Positions 61,761-64,000 of a stretch of 64,000 nucleotides of DNA are shown piece after piece; within the stretch, counting starts at the first letter, position 1; each line of letters starts with the position of its first letter. The stretch is from Amphiscolops sp. MND2022 (lineage: Eukaryota), in contig OZ076412.1 of the NCBI GenBank assembly GCA_964187785.1, positions 56,420,001 to 56,484,000 on the forward strand, read 5' to 3'. A program made the translations under genes and the position numbers. The notes under the pieces are model-generated. The model ran no database searches. It was not told the origin of the DNA and saw only the letters and a program-made list of their open reading frames with translations.

Positions 61761-62299
61761 GTCGGTCATTTTTATGCCTAGTAGTCGTCTTGGATCAATA
61801 TTTTGCTTCCGAAGTTGTTTTTGATTTCGATTATTTAAAGACAGCAGACTATTTTAGAGCTTTTTAGAAACCTCGTACTGAGTAGCCCACGTTTGTACAG
61901 AAATATTACTTTCAACCAAACATACTACCCAGAGACCGATTAAAATAGACCAAAGGAGACCCTTTGCATTTTTTGTCCTTTGAAACTTTTTGGATACTTT
62001 TTCAAATACCGTTTCTCAGCTGGCGTAAGCACCATATAAAACTTTCTTTCCAAGTCAACATTTTGAGCTCTCAAATCTATGTCAAAAATATCTGAAATTG
62101 TCACAGTAAGTAAGTAAAGAAAGTAAAAGAACGCTGAATTCCATAATTTTATTATAAAAGTTATGAAAGATGACAGTGTACAAAAATGAAGTAAAAAGTT
62201 CAAATTTTGTGCTAGGCAATGCAGACTTCTTCCTATAAGGTGACTAGAATCTAAAATCCACCCAATTCAAGTCGTAATTAAGACCTGGGTCCGTCCTCC

Positions 62300-63620
62300 T
62301 TTGAAGTGATACACCTCTTTTTGATTTGAATTGTCGAGGTTTTGATTCAAGTCTCCTTAGATTCTTGGGTAGCGAGTTCCAAACGGAAATAATGCGCTTG
62401 AAAACGACAACTATTATAGTTTTTGAAACGGCGAAAAAGTTGAAAGACAAAAGGTTCGATCTGGGAGACTCTTTTATGAAGTTCATTGGAGAGAAGATCG
62501 GATTGTCACCTAGAGCAGGCAACTCAATCATTTTACATTCTCGTAGATTGTTAATGTCAAGAAAATTTCGAACAGTGAACATATCGTGCTTTAATTTTCA
62601 ATCAGACTATCTTTGGAATTTTATTCTGTAAACACAGATTTTCATCGCCCAGCTGAGTTGGTTCTCCAGCGAAGGTATGATTTTTTTTCTGGACTCCATC
62701 CAATAAAGCAGATGGATATTGCAAATTGCTCATGATTAGAGTTTCGAAAACAAGGAGTCTTTTTCTAGAGAGGAGCGGAGAGTGTGTAGAGATTGTATAG
62801 ATTGTAGCCATTTGAGCTAACACTTTTTTGATTTCAAATTCGTAGGTTAAACATTGATCAATCAAGTATTCCACATATTCGGAATTTTCGATTGTTTCGT
62901 TATTCAATTTAATTTTCTTTGTACTTTTGTTTTGTTACTAGGTTTGCAAAAAACAATGAAGTTTGTTTTCTGATCATTCATCATTAGTTCGTTTTTTTTC
63001 TGGATTGTCTCAATTCCTTCTATCCAGTCTTTGTGTTACGCCATTATCACAGTGTCATCTGTGTATTGAATTCTTTGACAATCTTAATGTATTGATCAAT
63101 GTCGTTAACATATAGATTGAATAACAAGTGACCCAAGATTGTTCCCGGGGGACACCTTGATTGAGGTTAATCCAATCGGAAAACTGACCATGTAAGGAAA
63201 CTTTGTTTTCTGTCTTTCAAAAAACTTTTAACCATTCGGCAGGAGAGTTCGTCGAAGCCTACGGAAGAATGTTTTTTCAGCACCGTATCGTTGTTGATTA
63301 AATTGAATGCTTTCGATGAATCATGGTATTGGTATTTAGAAACCTTGGTCATTTTTCATTCTGACAAATTCAGTGAAAACAACTAATGCATCTGTCGTGG
63401 ATGTCTTTCTTCGGAATCCAAATTAAATTTTCGAGATTGGTTTTCCTCCACAAAACGGATCATTGCATGTTGATAAAGTTTTTAACTTTTGAGATTGCTG
63501 GAGTGATAGATATAGGTCGGTAGCTTTTCGGGATTTCATGGTCACGGGACTTCAATACATGTGTATTGTCGGCCATTTCATTTCGGATGGAAGGCGGTTT
63601 TCGTTTAGAAAACAATTAAA
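62300..63620 (-). mobile_element. CR1/L2-type LINE RT relic inside the WASP intron
   Basis: Minus strand: SKAFNLINNDTVLKK..SFLKDRKQ, GVPPGTILG, QYTDDTVI, thumb region and RIISVWNSLP. Confidence 0.75.
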
Positions 63621-63844
63621 TTCGAAAAGCAAAATTGGTCAGCTAGAACCGAGGCACCGTCTTTCAATGCACACGCGGTTATATTGGACGGACCCAGAGG
63701 TTTGTTTCTGTTTAGGTTCCTCAAGGCTTCAAAATTTTCCTTATCAGTTATGTAACCGAAAGAAAAGACTTTTCTAATACTTTTGACTAGAGATTTCTCT
63801 GGTATCAGCAGACAGCATATGAAAACTGAAGCTGGTTTGTTTAG

Positions 63845-64000
63845 GTCCTCGCCCGGTGATGAAAGCTACTGTAATCAATGGGTCAAAGTCGGCACAGGAG
63901 TGGCTGTTTTTGTGAAGGACAGCAAGTTCCGTTCATTTTACATCCGCATCTACAATCTGAGCACCAAGGCCAAGTTTTTCGACGAAGAGGTTCACAATGA
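63845..64000 (+). CDS. WASP: WASP exon 2 (WH1/EVH1 domain), runs off the window
   Basis: Acceptor GTTTAG in a phase matching exon 1. QWVKVGTGVAVFVKDSKFRSFYIRIYNL matches WH1 (W..KCSGVACLVKDNPQRSYFLRIFD). Confidence 0.88.

Overview
This is AT-rich eukaryotic (animal-like) nuclear DNA. About 59 kb is a nested transposable-element graveyard, followed by two spliced host genes: an SCO1/2 copper chaperone at 59.8-60.7 kb and the 5' exons of WASP from 61.6 kb. The dominant feature is a decayed giant Ty3/Gypsy LTR retrotransposon of about 18.5 kb (212-18753) with LTRs roughly 3% diverged by hand count and a tRNA-Arg-type PBS. Beyond gag-pro-RT-RH-IN it carries unusual cargo: a possible duplicated protease, an AT-hook, two tandem TARG1/OARD1-like macrodomains fused after integrase, and a second ORF of about 1400 codons containing an SGNH-hydrolase-like domain. 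A second Gypsy element (39.1-53.6 kb) carries two ~3 kb tandem duplications and is followed by two coiled-coil + DnaJ (J-domain) coding regions hidden by frameshifts. Both Gypsy regions contain a similar internal PPT/TG...CA/TGGTG module. Also present are the 5' half of an extremely divergent 18S rRNA, a Ty1/Copia element, two minus-strand Gypsy relics, three CRE-clade non-LTR fragments, an internally deleted hAT with TIRs and an 8-bp TSD, SINE/MITE-like repeats and a CR1/L2 LINE relic. All domain calls are by-eye motif recognition; no database searches were run. The host lineage cannot be established from the sequence alone. The long-branch 18S would fit an acoel-like animal, but that is inference.
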